Source: Pirellulales bacterium | Lineage (GTDB): Bacteria; Planctomycetota; Planctomycetia; Pirellulales; PALSA-1355 | Reading direction: 5' to 3' | Assembly: GCA_041741015.1 (NCBI GenBank) | Contig: JBGSKX010000136.1 | Location: forward strand, 5,525-69,524 | DNA: 64,000 bases | Shown here: positions 33,624 to 44,057 of the stretch, piece by piece | Numbering within the stretch: the stretch's first letter is position 1 | How the letters are laid out: each line of letters opens with the position of its first letter | Program-made: the position numbers and the translations under genes | Notes under the pieces: model-generated | Databases searched by the model: none | What the model was told of the DNA's origin: nothing | Seen by the model: the letters and a program-made list of their open reading frames with translations, nothing else

Positions 33624-36113
33624 ATGAACCGCCATCACTTCGCGAAAGCATGTACGGTTCGTGCGCTGGGCGGCACCTCTCTGCTGGCATTACTGCTTGT
33701 CACCAGCGGCTGCTGGAATTCCGCGACAAGCCAGCAGACGGCTGAAAAGCTCAAGGACAAGAAACCTGAGCGGCCGTTTGAAGAGATGCGCGTATTCACC
33801 GAGCCCAACGAGCGCTCGACTTTTGACGTGAATTCGAAAGATGAGCAGCGTATCAATCTCGCTGGCAAGCCAGGGCATTGGGCCGGCGTGCTGGTCCAGG
33901 GGCGGGCCAATCTGTTTGACTTCGACGGCACGCTCGTCACCACGCCGCAAGACGCGCAGCAGCGCCCCGCCGATCTGGAGCGTAATCCCTTTTGGGCAAC
34001 GACGGTCCGCGCGGCAAGTCTTCCCAAGGAACAGCGGAAGACCTTCGAAACGCTCTTCTTTCCGCCCCGGCCCAAACCGAACGCCACGATCACCGGCTCT
34101 ACCTGGATTGCCACGACGCTCGAGGGGCGCGGAGGTGGAACGCAGCTCGAACATGTGCCCGAGATCATGCAGCACATGCCGAGCTTCCAGTATTTTATGC
34201 TCGTGCTCTTGCCACAGTCGGCACGATATCGCTGGCTGATCGATTCGTCGACGGTGCACCCGCCCACCGTGCACTCCCCTGCCAACCCTCTCGACACGTT
34301 CAATTATCGCGTCCTCTTTCCACCGCTCGACAAGCCGCTGGCACTCCCGTCGCAGATGGTCGGTTGGACCAGCACCGCCTACGTGATCTGGGACGGAGCC
34401 CTGCCCTCGTTGCTCTCGCCCGAGCATCAGCAGGCAATTGTCGATTGGATTCATTGGGGCGGCGGATTGGTGATCAGCGGTCCGGACTCGCTCGATACGC
34501 TGAAGGGCTCGTTCCTTGAACCCTATCTGCCCGCGACCGGTGGCGCGGCCGGTCCACTCGACGAGGCGAAGCTCGCCGAACTGCATACGGCCTGGACGAT
34601 CGAGGGCGACCAGAGCAAACCCCTCGGAAGTCGTGCCGATGCTCCCTGGTCGGGCATCGAGCTCGTGAAGCATTCCCGGGCCGAATACTTGCCGAACACC
34701 GCCGGACTGGCGATCGAGCGTCGGGTCGGTCGAGGCCGAATTGTCGTCACGGCATTTCGACTCACGGAACTCGACCTGGTGAATTGGCCCAGCTTTGACG
34801 GTTTTTTCAATGCCTGCCTGCTGGGCCGCCTTCCGCGTCATTTCGAGGAGAATCAGCCACGGTTCCGCTTCGTCAGTTCAAGTGGCGGCGACGATGATCT
34901 CGACGAATACGATCCGGAACTCTCGACCGGAGTGCGCATTCTGACGCGTGATGAACGCGACCCGCAGGCACCTCGTTTTTCTCAGATGTCGTCCGAGGAT
35001 CCTGACCTGTGGACCACCTACGCCGGAACAGACCCGATTCAGCAGCTCAAGGCCGAGCCTGGCACGGCAGGCTGGAACGATTTCAGTTGGTTGTCGGACG
35101 GCGCTCGTTCGTCGCTGCAAAGTGCGGCGGGCATTTCGGTTCCACGACGCGAGTTCGTGCTGAAGATGGTCGGCATCTACCTGATCGTTGTCGTGCTCTT
35201 GAACTGGGTCATCTTTCGCCTCATTGGCCGACTGGAGTGGGCCTGGATCGCCGTGCCGCTGGTGGCCATCGTGTGGGGCGTGTTGGTGATCTGGCTCGCC
35301 CAGCTCGATATTGGCTTTGCCCGCGCGCAGACTGAGATCGACGTGCTCGAGATTCAGCCGGACTACACGCGAGCGCATTTGACTCGCTACACGGCACTCT
35401 ACACATCGCTCTCGAGCGACTACGAACTCAAACTCAACGACCCCTCGGCCGTGGCGCTCCCCTTCTCTTCCGATCGTGAGCGGCTCACCGGGCAGTCGTC
35501 CGCGGAAGTCACGCTCTCGACCGTCGGCGATCGCGAGCTGCGCGGCTTCTCGGTCGCGTCGAATTCGACGGGCATGGTCCACGGCGAGCAGATGTTCTCG
35601 CTTGGAGGTCAATTGCAGTGCACGGTTTCTGACGCGGGGCAGCTGACCGTCGAGAACCGGACCGGCATCCCGCTTGCCGGAGCGGCGGTCATCCGCCGCC
35701 GCGAGGATGGCACACGTCAAATCAATGAAACCGCCTGGCTCGGAACGATCGAGGCCGGCGCAACGGCAACCGGCAAGTTCACCCGACGCGACGAGGAGTT
35801 GCATGCGAAGCTCCGCGATCGGGAAACTCTCACGACGCCGGTCGAAGAGGCCAGCGGGCAGTTGAACGTGCGAACGCTCATAGATCGGGCGGAAGATCAC
35901 AGGGTGCTTGCCGCCGGAGAGGTCCGGCTCGTGGCCTGGTACGACGGCATTCTAGGCAACCAGCAGGTTTCGCCCCCGGCGGCCCAGCGCCGCGGGGCGA
36001 CCGTCGTGGTTGCGCACCTGAAATATGCCCGGGCGAGCAGTCCCGCGCGCGACATCAACTTGCGACCGATTCGCCGTAACCCCTTCCAATCGCCCGGCAC
36101 GTTCACCCCGTAA
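33624..36113 (+). CDS. large membrane-anchored lipoprotein-like protein of unknown function
   Basis: Lipobox-like LLLVTSGC. Segment YVIWDGALPSLLSPEHQQAIVDWIHWGGGLVISGPDSL is reminiscent of class-I GATase-like (DUF1355/DUF4159-type) modules. Two TM helices around residues 515-570. Confidence 0.55.
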   Translation: MNRHHFAKACTVRALGGTSLLALLLVTSGCWNSATSQQTAEKLKDKKPERPFEEMRVFTEPNERSTFDVNSKDEQRINLAGKPGHWAGVLVQGRANLFDFDGTLVTTPQDAQQRPADLERNPFWATTVRAASLPKEQRKTFETLFFPPRPKPNATITGSTWIATTLEGRGGGTQLEHVPEIMQHMPSFQYFMLVLLPQSARYRWLIDSSTVHPPTVHSPANPLDTFNYRVLFPPLDKPLALPSQMVGWTSTAYVIWDGALPSLLSPEHQQAIVDWIHWGGGLVISGPDSLDTLKGSFLEPYLPATGGAAGPLDEAKLAELHTAWTIEGDQSKPLGSRADAPWSGIELVKHSRAEYLPNTAGLAIERRVGRGRIVVTAFRLTELDLVNWPSFDGFFNACLLGRLPRHFEENQPRFRFVSSSGGDDDLDEYDPELSTGVRILTRDERDPQAPRFSQMSSEDPDLWTTYAGTDPIQQLKAEPGTAGWNDFSWLSDGARSSLQSAAGISVPRREFVLKMVGIYLIVVVLLNWVIFRLIGRLEWAWIAVPLVAIVWGVLVIWLAQLDIGFARAQTEIDVLEIQPDYTRAHLTRYTALYTSLSSDYELKLNDPSAVALPFSSDRERLTGQSSAEVTLSTVGDRELRGFSVASNSTGMVHGEQMFSLGGQLQCTVSDAGQLTVENRTGIPLAGAAVIRRREDGTRQINETAWLGTIEAGATATGKFTRRDEELHAKLRDRETLTTPVEEASGQLNVRTLIDRAEDHRVLAAGEVRLVAWYDGILGNQQVSPPAAQRRGATVVVAHLKYARASSPARDINLRPIRRNPFQSPGTFTP

Positions 36114-36130
36114 TCGGCCGTCAACCGTCC

Positions 36131-37057
36131 ATGATTGAACTGATTGACTTCACGAAACGCTATGGTGACTTTACGGCCGTCGAAGGGCTGAACCTGAAGA
36201 TCGAAGCCGGCGAGATGTTCGGCTTCATCGGTCCCAACGGCGCCGGCAAGAGCACCAGCATCCGCTTTCTCGCCACGTTGCTCTCCGCGACCTCGGGCGA
36301 AGGAATCGTGAACGGCCACAGCGTCACCAAAGACCCCATGGCCGTGCGGCAGAGCGTCGGTTACATGCCGGACAACTTCGGCGTTTACGACGGGATGAAA
36401 GTCTGGGAATTTCTCGACTTTTTCGCCGTCGCTTACCAGATTCCGCGCGTCAAACGCAAGCAGGTAATCGGCGACGTGCTGGAACTGCTCGACCTGATGC
36501 ACAAACGCGACGACTATGTAAACGGCCTCTCGCGTGGCATGAAGCAGCGGCTGTGCCTGGCGAAGACCCTGGTCCACGATCCGCCGGTGTTGATTCTGGA
36601 CGAGCCCAGTAGCGGGCTCGATCCGCGCGCTCGCTTGGAAGTCAAGGCGCTGCTGCGTGAGTTGCGGCGGATGGGAAAGACCATCTTGATTTCCAGCCAC
36701 ATCCTCACCGAACTCGCCGACTGCTGTACTTCCATTGGCATCATCGAGCGCGGTCAGCTCCTCATGCATGGGCCGATCAACGACGTCTATCGGCGCATTC
36801 GCAGCAATCGCCACATCGAGATCAAGTTTCTCGATGGCCTCGAAGCGGGGCTCTCGGTCATTCGCAGCAATCCTCACACACGCGACGTGCAATTCGAGGA
36901 TCACCAGGTCAACGTTGAACTGGAAACGGACGACGAGGGCGTTGCGGCCTTGCTTCAATCGCTGGGCCAAAGCGGCGCCCGGGTGCGTTCCTTCCACGAG
37001 AAGGAGCCGACGCTGGAGGATGTGTTCATGCTGGTCACCAAGGGATTGGTGATTTGA
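36131..37057 (+). CDS. ABC transporter ATP-binding protein (ABC-2/NatA-like)
   Basis: Walker A GPNGAGKST, signature LSRGMKQRL, Walker B LILDEPSSGLD. Confidence 0.85.
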   Translation: MIELIDFTKRYGDFTAVEGLNLKIEAGEMFGFIGPNGAGKSTSIRFLATLLSATSGEGIVNGHSVTKDPMAVRQSVGYMPDNFGVYDGMKVWEFLDFFAVAYQIPRVKRKQVIGDVLELLDLMHKRDDYVNGLSRGMKQRLCLAKTLVHDPPVLILDEPSSGLDPRARLEVKALLRELRRMGKTILISSHILTELADCCTSIGIIERGQLLMHGPINDVYRRIRSNRHIEIKFLDGLEAGLSVIRSNPHTRDVQFEDHQVNVELETDDEGVAALLQSLGQSGARVRSFHEKEPTLEDVFMLVTKGLVI

Positions 37058-37231
37058 GTCGGCCAGTGCCCCCCAATAGCCCAGTCCGCATCGGCTGCGC
37101 CGCTGCGCAATTGGGGGTGCCCCAGGTTTTCCTAGACCCGCTCCGGGCCTTTAGTTAGAATCACTTGAGCAGCCCGCCCCCCCCCTGGTATTCCCTCCCG
37201 AACCTAAACGCTCCCTCCTCGAGGTCGTTCG

Positions 37232-38524
37232 ATGCGGCGAACACCTGCGTTCGATCGTGCGATAGCTAGCCGAACCGCGCTTGGTGCTGCCATGGCGTTG
37301 GCGGTCTGTTGTTTCGCATTGACCGTCGGGTGCGGCGGCCATAAGTCAGCCGAGCCGCAATCGGCTGCGCCGGCTGCCGCCGAAGTGCCGCAATCGGTCA
37401 CCGTGGTGGAGGCTACGCTCCGCCCCTGGCCGCGCGTCGTGCGTGCCCAGGGCACGCTGATCGAGGACGAATACGCTTTGCTCGGCGCGAAGGTCGCCGG
37501 GCGCGTCAAGGCTGTGCTCGTCGACATCGGCAGCCGCGTCGAGGCAGGTCAGCCGGTGGCCGAACTCGATTCCGAGGATTTCGACCTGATCGTCCAGCAG
37601 GCCGAGGCGCAGGTGCAACAGGCGCGGGCCACGGTCGGGCTGAAGCCTGGCGTGCCGGACGATAACCTGAATCCGATGAAGGCCCCGCCGGTGTTGCAAG
37701 AGTGGGCCATGCTCGAAGAGGCCCGCTTGAACGCGGAGCGAGTTAAGGGCCTCGCCGGCCGAGGCGTCCTGACGCAGGAGGAGATTCAAGCCCGCGAGTC
37801 AGCTTTGCGCGTCGCCGAGGCGCGCTATGCTTCGAGCTTGAACGGCGTGCAGAGCCAGATTGCAGCCCTCAAGTTACGACGAGCCGATCTGGCGGTCGCG
37901 GTACAGAATCGAGAATATGCGGTGCTGCGCGCACCGTTCGTCGGTGTGATCCAGGAGAAGCATGTCGCTCCCGGCAGCTACGTGAACGTGGGGCAGCCCG
38001 TCGCCGCGCTGGTGCGGACGAATCCGCTCCGCTTTCGTGCTGGTATCCCCGAGCGGAGCGCGGTCGGTGTTGATGTTGGCCAGCCGCTCACGCTGCAACT
38101 CGAAGGGCGCCCCGATCCGGTCCAGGCCCGGATTTCACGCATCAGTCCGGCGCTCGACGTCAGCTCGCGTTCGCTGATCATCGAGGCGGATATCGACAAC
38201 AGCTCCGGGCAGTTCCGCACGGGATTGTTCGCCGAGGCGGACATTCTGGTCGACTCGGACCAGGCGACGCTCGCCGTACCCGAAGACTGTGTCGTTTCCT
38301 TCGGTGGGGTGGAGAAGGTTTGGATCGTCATCGACGGCAAGGCGGCTCCGCGGCTAATTCATACTGGCCGCCGCGATGACAAACTCGTCGAAGTAATTGA
38401 TGGCCTTGAGCCCGGTGAACTAGTCGTGGCCGATGGCGACCAAGGACGGGAGGGCGTTGTGCAGGCTGTGCGCATCGATCCTGAATCGCCCGGCGGAGAT
38501 CGTGCGGCCCTGATTGGCGGGTAA
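37232..38524 (+). CDS. efflux RND transporter periplasmic adaptor (MFP/HlyD family)
   Basis: Lipobox LTVGCGG. Coiled-coil hairpin region. Beta-barrel C-terminus. Its stop is 2 nt before the RND pump ATG. Confidence 0.8.
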   Translation: MRRTPAFDRAIASRTALGAAMALAVCCFALTVGCGGHKSAEPQSAAPAAAEVPQSVTVVEATLRPWPRVVRAQGTLIEDEYALLGAKVAGRVKAVLVDIGSRVEAGQPVAELDSEDFDLIVQQAEAQVQQARATVGLKPGVPDDNLNPMKAPPVLQEWAMLEEARLNAERVKGLAGRGVLTQEEIQARESALRVAEARYASSLNGVQSQIAALKLRRADLAVAVQNREYAVLRAPFVGVIQEKHVAPGSYVNVGQPVAALVRTNPLRFRAGIPERSAVGVDVGQPLTLQLEGRPDPVQARISRISPALDVSSRSLIIEADIDNSSGQFRTGLFAEADILVDSDQATLAVPEDCVVSFGGVEKVWIVIDGKAAPRLIHTGRRDDKLVEVIDGLEPGELVVADGDQGREGVVQAVRIDPESPGGDRAALIGG

Positions 38525-38526
38525 AC

Positions 38527-41500
38527 ATGCAGTGGCTAGCTGAAGTTTGTGTCCGCCGTCCGGTCTTCGCGCTGACGCTTGTCGCCGCGCTGATCGTGGC
38601 TGGATTGGCCGCCTATCAGCAGCTCGGCATCGATCGCTTCCCGCGGATGGATCTGCCGACGGTGATTGTTTCGACAACTTATCCGGGGGCTTCGCCGGAA
38701 GAGATCGAAACCGAGATCACGCAGCCGCTGGAAGACGCGGTTGCCACGGTGGCCGGCATCGACGAACTTCGTTCGCTCTCTCGCGACGGCAATTCGCTGC
38801 TGCTGATCACGTTCAATCTCGACCGCAACATCGATGCCGCGAGCCAGGATGTGCGTGACGCCGTGGGTGGCGTCATGAATCGGTTGCCTCCGAACATCGA
38901 CCCGCCGGTGGTCGACAAGCGCGATCTTGATGCATCGCCGATCATGTCGCTTGCTCTGTCCGGCAATCGCGACAGTCGCGAATTGTTTCTCCTGGCCGAT
39001 CGGTACGTCAAGAACGTGATTGAATCGGCGCACGGCGTTGGCGAAGTGATGATCGCCGGCGCGACGGATCGGGCGATTCAGGTCAACATCGAGGCCCGGC
39101 GGCTGGCCGCCTATCAGATGTCGATCATGCAGATTCGCGACGCCCTGGTCCGTCAGAACACCGATATCCCGGGCGGGCTGGTGGACACGGGCCAGCGCGA
39201 GCTTTCGCTCCGCACGGTCGGCCGCGTGGCCGATCCGGCCGAGTTCATGAACCTGGTGGTTGCCAGCGCCGGCGGGGCGCCGGTCCGGCTGCGCGATCTC
39301 GGCCAGGTTATCGACGGTGCGAAAGAAGTGCGCACGCTCGCGCGACTCAACGGTACGCCGGCGGTTGTCCTCTACGTGCAGCGGCAATCGGGCACGAACA
39401 CGGTCGACGTCATCGCCGCGGTGAAGGAGCGACTGGGACGGTCTCGTGATCTGCTTCCCGCGGACGTTAAGCTCGAGGTTATTCAGGATCAGTCGCGTTA
39501 CATCAATGCGGCCATGCACGAAATTCAGGGGCACCTGATATCGGGTAGCATCCTGGCGTCGATCGTGGTGCTGCTGTTTATGCGGTCATGGCGTTCGACG
39601 TTGATTGCTGCCGTGGCAATTCCCAGTTCGGTAATCGCGACGTTCGCGGTGATGCGATTCCTGGATTTCACGCTCAACAACGTCACGATGCTGGCCCTGG
39701 TGCTGATGGTGGGCGTGGTAATCGACGACGCCATCGTCGTGCTGGAAAACGTGTTCCGCTTTATCGAAGAAAAGGGCATGCCGCCTATGCAGGCGGCCAT
39801 CGAAGGAACCCGCGAGATCGGCCTGGCCGTGCTGGCCACCACGCTTTCGTTGGTGGTCGTATTTCTCCCCGTTTCCTTTTTGTCCAGCGTGACGGGGCGA
39901 ATGCTCTATCAGTTTGGCGTCACGGCCGTCGTGGCGATCATGGTCTCGATGCTGATCAGCTTCTCGCTGACGCCCATGATGTGTTCACGCCTGCTGCATC
40001 GAGATCAAGCGAAGGCGGATCACAAGAGCGCCTCGCGCAGCGGGCTGTATCACTATCTCGAATCGGCCTATGTCGGGTTGTTGCGGATGGCAATGCGCTT
40101 CCGCTGGCTGGTGGCGGGGTTGGCCCTCGCCGTGATGGCACTCAATGTTCCGCTGTACTATTCGGTCTCACAGGACTACGTGCCGACGAACGTCGACGAA
40201 TCCGAGTTCGAAGTGCGCATCACGGCGCCAGAGGGCGCCACACTTTCGGCCATGGACGACACGCTGCGTTCTGTCGAGGCCGAACTTAAGGAGATTCCCG
40301 GAGTCGTGTACCTGCTCACCGCGGTTGGCAGTCGCAGCGGCGGCGCCGTCAACCAGGCGGATATCTATGTGCAGATTGAGGACATTGAGACCCGCTCCTT
40401 CAGTTTCACGCGGTTGTGGCATGCCATCCTGGCCGGCAGTCCACGCAAAGCCTGGGAGGGTAACTACTCGCAGCGCGATGTGATGGTCACCGCTCGCGGC
40501 CGCCTGCAGCGATTCAAAGACTTGCAGGTCTCGGTGCGAAATCTCACCAGCTTGCGACAAGGGGCCCCGGTCGACATCGATTTTGTGATCGAAGGGCCGG
40601 AGATCGAAACCCTGGCCCGCTTAAGCGAAGAGCTGCGAGAGCGGATTGCAAAACTGCCGGGCATCGTGGACACGCAAACCACGCTGCGGATGGATAAGCC
40701 CGAGCTCCGCGTCGAGATTGACCGCGAACGGGCGGCATCGCTGGGTGTCGAAGTACACGAGATTGCCGAAACGCTGCGGATTGCCGTGGGTGGCGACGAT
40801 CGAGTATCGCGCTATCACGATTCTTCGGCCGACGACACCTACGACGTCGAGTTGCGCCTGGTCGGCATCGATCGTGGCAGCCGCGATGCGATCAGCCAAC
40901 TTTACGTTCGCACGACACCGATGACGGCCACGGGTAGTGTCCCTTCAACACGTTCGGCCTCCATGGAATCCGCCCTGGGCGGGCAAACGCTCACGCGACT
41001 CGACAATGTGGTGCGCTTCACCGATCAAGAAACCTCGCCCCGCATCGATCGACTGAACCGCTCGCGGATGGCGGCCGTGCGGGCGAACCTCGCCCCGGGC
41101 GCAGCGTTGGCCGATCAGTTGGCTGCGGTGCAGCGCGAAGCCGACGCCATGAACATGCCAGCCGGCTATGCCACGAGCATCGCTGGAAGCGGCAAAGAGC
41201 TGGAACGCACGTTTCAGGACTTTGGCTGGACATTCGCCCTCTCGTTCATCTTCATGTACCTGATCCTGGCCGCGCAGTTCGAACACCTCGTGCACCCGCT
41301 CACGATCCTGATTTCGTTGCCGCTGGCAATTCCGTTTGGCCTGATCAGTCTCCTGATTGGTGGCGAAACGCTGAACCTTTATTCGGCGCTTGGGATCCTG
41401 GTGCTGTTCGGTGTGGTGAAGAAGAACTCGATCTTGCAGGTCGATCACACAAACCAGCTTCGCGCGGCCGGAATGGATCGCCTGACGGCCATTATCGAGG

Positions 41501-41832
41501 CAAACCGCGACCGGCTGCGGCCGATTTTGATGACCACGATTAGCTTCGTGGCTGGTTTGTTGCCGCTCTTGATCGCTGCCGGGCCCGGTGCCGAGGAGCG
41601 CCGTTCGATCGCCGTACTGGCGGTCGGCGGGCAGACGCTTTCGCTGCTGCTCACGCTGCTGGCTACGCCGGTGATCTATTCGATCTTTGACGATATGTCG
41701 AAGCTGTTCGGCAGCCGTGCTCCGCAGCCGGAGCTTGTCGGCATGGCCAACTCGCCGCCGCAGCCGCACGCGGCAGCCTCGAAGCAGAAAGAACTTGTCG
41801 AATCTCCCGCTCGCACCGCGCTGGAAACCTAG
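38527..41832 (+). CDS. efflux RND transporter permease (AcrB/HAE family)
   Basis: 1101 aa, 12-TM architecture with two large periplasmic loops. Motifs VVIDDAIVVLENV and GVVKKNSILQVD. Confidence 0.9.
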   Translation: MQWLAEVCVRRPVFALTLVAALIVAGLAAYQQLGIDRFPRMDLPTVIVSTTYPGASPEEIETEITQPLEDAVATVAGIDELRSLSRDGNSLLLITFNLDRNIDAASQDVRDAVGGVMNRLPPNIDPPVVDKRDLDASPIMSLALSGNRDSRELFLLADRYVKNVIESAHGVGEVMIAGATDRAIQVNIEARRLAAYQMSIMQIRDALVRQNTDIPGGLVDTGQRELSLRTVGRVADPAEFMNLVVASAGGAPVRLRDLGQVIDGAKEVRTLARLNGTPAVVLYVQRQSGTNTVDVIAAVKERLGRSRDLLPADVKLEVIQDQSRYINAAMHEIQGHLISGSILASIVVLLFMRSWRSTLIAAVAIPSSVIATFAVMRFLDFTLNNVTMLALVLMVGVVIDDAIVVLENVFRFIEEKGMPPMQAAIEGTREIGLAVLATTLSLVVVFLPVSFLSSVTGRMLYQFGVTAVVAIMVSMLISFSLTPMMCSRLLHRDQAKADHKSASRSGLYHYLESAYVGLLRMAMRFRWLVAGLALAVMALNVPLYYSVSQDYVPTNVDESEFEVRITAPEGATLSAMDDTLRSVEAELKEIPGVVYLLTAVGSRSGGAVNQADIYVQIEDIETRSFSFTRLWHAILAGSPRKAWEGNYSQRDVMVTARGRLQRFKDLQVSVRNLTSLRQGAPVDIDFVIEGPEIETLARLSEELRERIAKLPGIVDTQTTLRMDKPELRVEIDRERAASLGVEVHEIAETLRIAVGGDDRVSRYHDSSADDTYDVELRLVGIDRGSRDAISQLYVRTTPMTATGSVPSTRSASMESALGGQTLTRLDNVVRFTDQETSPRIDRLNRSRMAAVRANLAPGAALADQLAAVQREADAMNMPAGYATSIAGSGKELERTFQDFGWTFALSFIFMYLILAAQFEHLVHPLTILISLPLAIPFGLISLLIGGETLNLYSALGILVLFGVVKKNSILQVDHTNQLRAAGMDRLTAIIEANRDRLRPILMTTISFVAGLLPLLIAAGPGAEERRSIAVLAVGGQTLSLLLTLLATPVIYSIFDDMSKLFGSRAPQPELVGMANSPPQPHAAASKQKELVESPARTALET

Positions 41833-41844
41833 CCGCGCGATCGC

Positions 41845-43233
41845 TCAGGAAAAAATGCCGGTCATCGGCTTGCCTTCGGCAATCTTGAACGGCCGACCCA
41901 GTCGGTCGTGAATCTCGGTCGCGGGATCGAGCCCCAGCGCCCAGAACAATGTCGCAGCCAGATCGCCCGGCGTATGGGGCGTTCCGACGGGATAGGCCCC
42001 GATGCGATCACTGTTGCTGTAAACAAAACCGCGCTTGACTCCCGCACCGGCTAGAACGATGGAATACGTGCTCGTCCAGTGATCGCGCCCGCCGGGGCCG
42101 ATGTTGTTGGTGAGCGGGTTCGGCTGGCCAATCTGCGGCTTGCGCCCGAACTCGCCCGACCACACGACCAGCGTCTCGTCCAGCAGGCCGCGCTGGTCCA
42201 TGTCTTCAATCAACGCCGAGAATGCCTGATCCTCGGGCGGCATCAGCGTTTTCTTCATCCGGCCGAAGTTGTCGCTGTGCGTGTCCCAGCCGTCGCCGGG
42301 GTTCGAGCCGCTGAAGCAGGTCACCAGCGTCACGCCGGCTTCGATCAGCCTGCGGGCCAGCAACAGGCTCTGGCCGCTCTTATGCCGGCCGTAACGATCA
42401 CGCAGCTTGTCGCTTTCTTGCGAGAGGTCGAATGCCCGCTTGGCATCGGCGGACCCTAGAAGCGAGAAAGATCGCTCGTAGAACTGGTCGCGCGAGTGCA
42501 TAGCGGCCGAGCTTTCCAGGCCTTGCAATTGCCCGTCGATGCTCGCGAGCAGCCGCCGGCGATCGTCCAGTCGCTGGGCGTCCACCCGCAGGCTCAGTTC
42601 GGCGACCTCGAAGTTTGGCTGGCTGGGATCGCGCTCGACAATCAGGGGATCGTACTTCGCTCCCAGCATGCCGCCCGTTTGACCGGGACAGGTATAAACC
42701 TGGTCGTACGCCCGATGGGGTACCTGGACCGAAACCGGCAGCGTGCCAGATCCGGGGGCAATCTTCGCCAGCACTGCGCCATAGTGCGGCCAGTCGCTAT
42801 TGGTCGCGCCGACTTGCACCTGGTCGCGCTCGCCTGTCCGACCAGTGATCGTAAGATAGACCGCCGGATTATGATTGCTCGTCTTGTGATTCATCGTCCG
42901 CACGACGCACAGCCGATCAGTGACCTTGGCAATCTGCGGCATGATGTCCGAGACGTAAAAGCCCGCAGCGCTGGTGCCGATCGTGCCAAACTCGCCGCGG
43001 ACTTCCGCAGGCGCGTCGGGCTTGGGATCGAACGAGTCGATGTGGCTCGGCGCGCCGTAATGGTGATAGAACAAGATGCTCTTCGCCCGCGGCTTCGCAC
43101 CGGACGCTTCGGCCGCAGCGAGCAATCGTGGCAGCGTGAGTCCGGCGAGGCCGATCGCGCCGATTTTCAGCGCCTCGCGCCGTGTCGTGTGGCGAAAGTC
43201 CGCGCAGCCGAGCTGAAGCGAGCGACTTCCCAT
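41845..43233 (-). CDS. DUF1501 domain protein
   Basis: TRREALKIGAIGLAGLTL Tat-like N-terminus and GEFGRKP...GGRDHW. Confidence 0.85.
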   Translation of the reverse strand: MGSRSLQLGCADFRHTTRREALKIGAIGLAGLTLPRLLAAAEASGAKPRAKSILFYHHYGAPSHIDSFDPKPDAPAEVRGEFGTIGTSAAGFYVSDIMPQIAKVTDRLCVVRTMNHKTSNHNPAVYLTITGRTGERDQVQVGATNSDWPHYGAVLAKIAPGSGTLPVSVQVPHRAYDQVYTCPGQTGGMLGAKYDPLIVERDPSQPNFEVAELSLRVDAQRLDDRRRLLASIDGQLQGLESSAAMHSRDQFYERSFSLLGSADAKRAFDLSQESDKLRDRYGRHKSGQSLLLARRLIEAGVTLVTCFSGSNPGDGWDTHSDNFGRMKKTLMPPEDQAFSALIEDMDQRGLLDETLVVWSGEFGRKPQIGQPNPLTNNIGPGGRDHWTSTYSIVLAGAGVKRGFVYSNSDRIGAYPVGTPHTPGDLAATLFWALGLDPATEIHDRLGRPFKIAEGKPMTGIFS

Positions 43234-43343
43234 CGCGAATGGGTCCTGGGGACACGCGGCGACCGATGAATTCGACGCGGCCAGTATGACTACTCTACGC
43301 TGCGCGGGTCAAGCTGGTGATCCCAACCGTCCAGGGATGGCAC

Positions 43344-43877
43344 TCAGTCGATCACGACCAGCCCGCCCCCGTCGCGGCGTTCCCATTCCTTGCGAGCTTC
43401 GCTGAGCCCGAAGGCGCACAGTTCGAACTCCTCGCTCAGACGCTGGAGCAATTCGCGGCGGACCTTTTCATCCTCAGCCGGTATCGTGCTGGCGATCTGG
43501 TAGGCCCGCTTGCCGTGCGTGCAGTAGTCGATGAATTGCGACTGCTTCTCCGTGGGCTGATCGCGCTGGCAACCCAGTGCCTCGGGATACACGCCCGCCC
43601 AAAACAGCGTGAAATCGCCAATGTGCCGATGCACTTCGCGGCGGGCTTCACCGATCCGGGCTTCGGCCTCGGCCATCATCAGGGCTACTTCGCCGATCCG
43701 TCGGCCGCCGAGATCGCGAACGTTATAAAGGCTGTCGGCCCGAATGAACCGGATCAGCAAGTCGCTGATGTAGTCGATCAGCGGGGGATCGGCGATTCCG
43801 ACCCGAGTTTGAAAGGCATACTCCGCAATGCCGGCGAAGTAGTCACGCAACGGGGCCCGAGGGCGATTGGCAGTCAT
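43344..43877 (-). CDS. hypothetical cytoplasmic protein (177 aa)
   Basis: ORF with coding-like codon usage. Start refined to the ATG at 43877. No family recognised. Confidence 0.45.
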   Translation of the reverse strand: MTANRPRAPLRDYFAGIAEYAFQTRVGIADPPLIDYISDLLIRFIRADSLYNVRDLGGRRIGEVALMMAEAEARIGEARREVHRHIGDFTLFWAGVYPEALGCQRDQPTEKQSQFIDYCTHGKRAYQIASTIPAEDEKVRRELLQRLSEEFELCAFGLSEARKEWERRDGGGLVVID

Positions 43878-44057
43878 GGACCACCCCTTCCATTCCGACG
43901 TCGAACAAGTCCAGTACGGCAAATGTCCGCCTCTCTATTGCATTAAAGTCGGCGCTCCCGGGCGGGTCAAGTTCAGTGATTTTTGGCGGAAAGACACGGG
44001 AAGCGTTGCTATACTGTCGGGCGCCCCCCCCTGCCCCCGCCCAGCGGAGACACTTGG

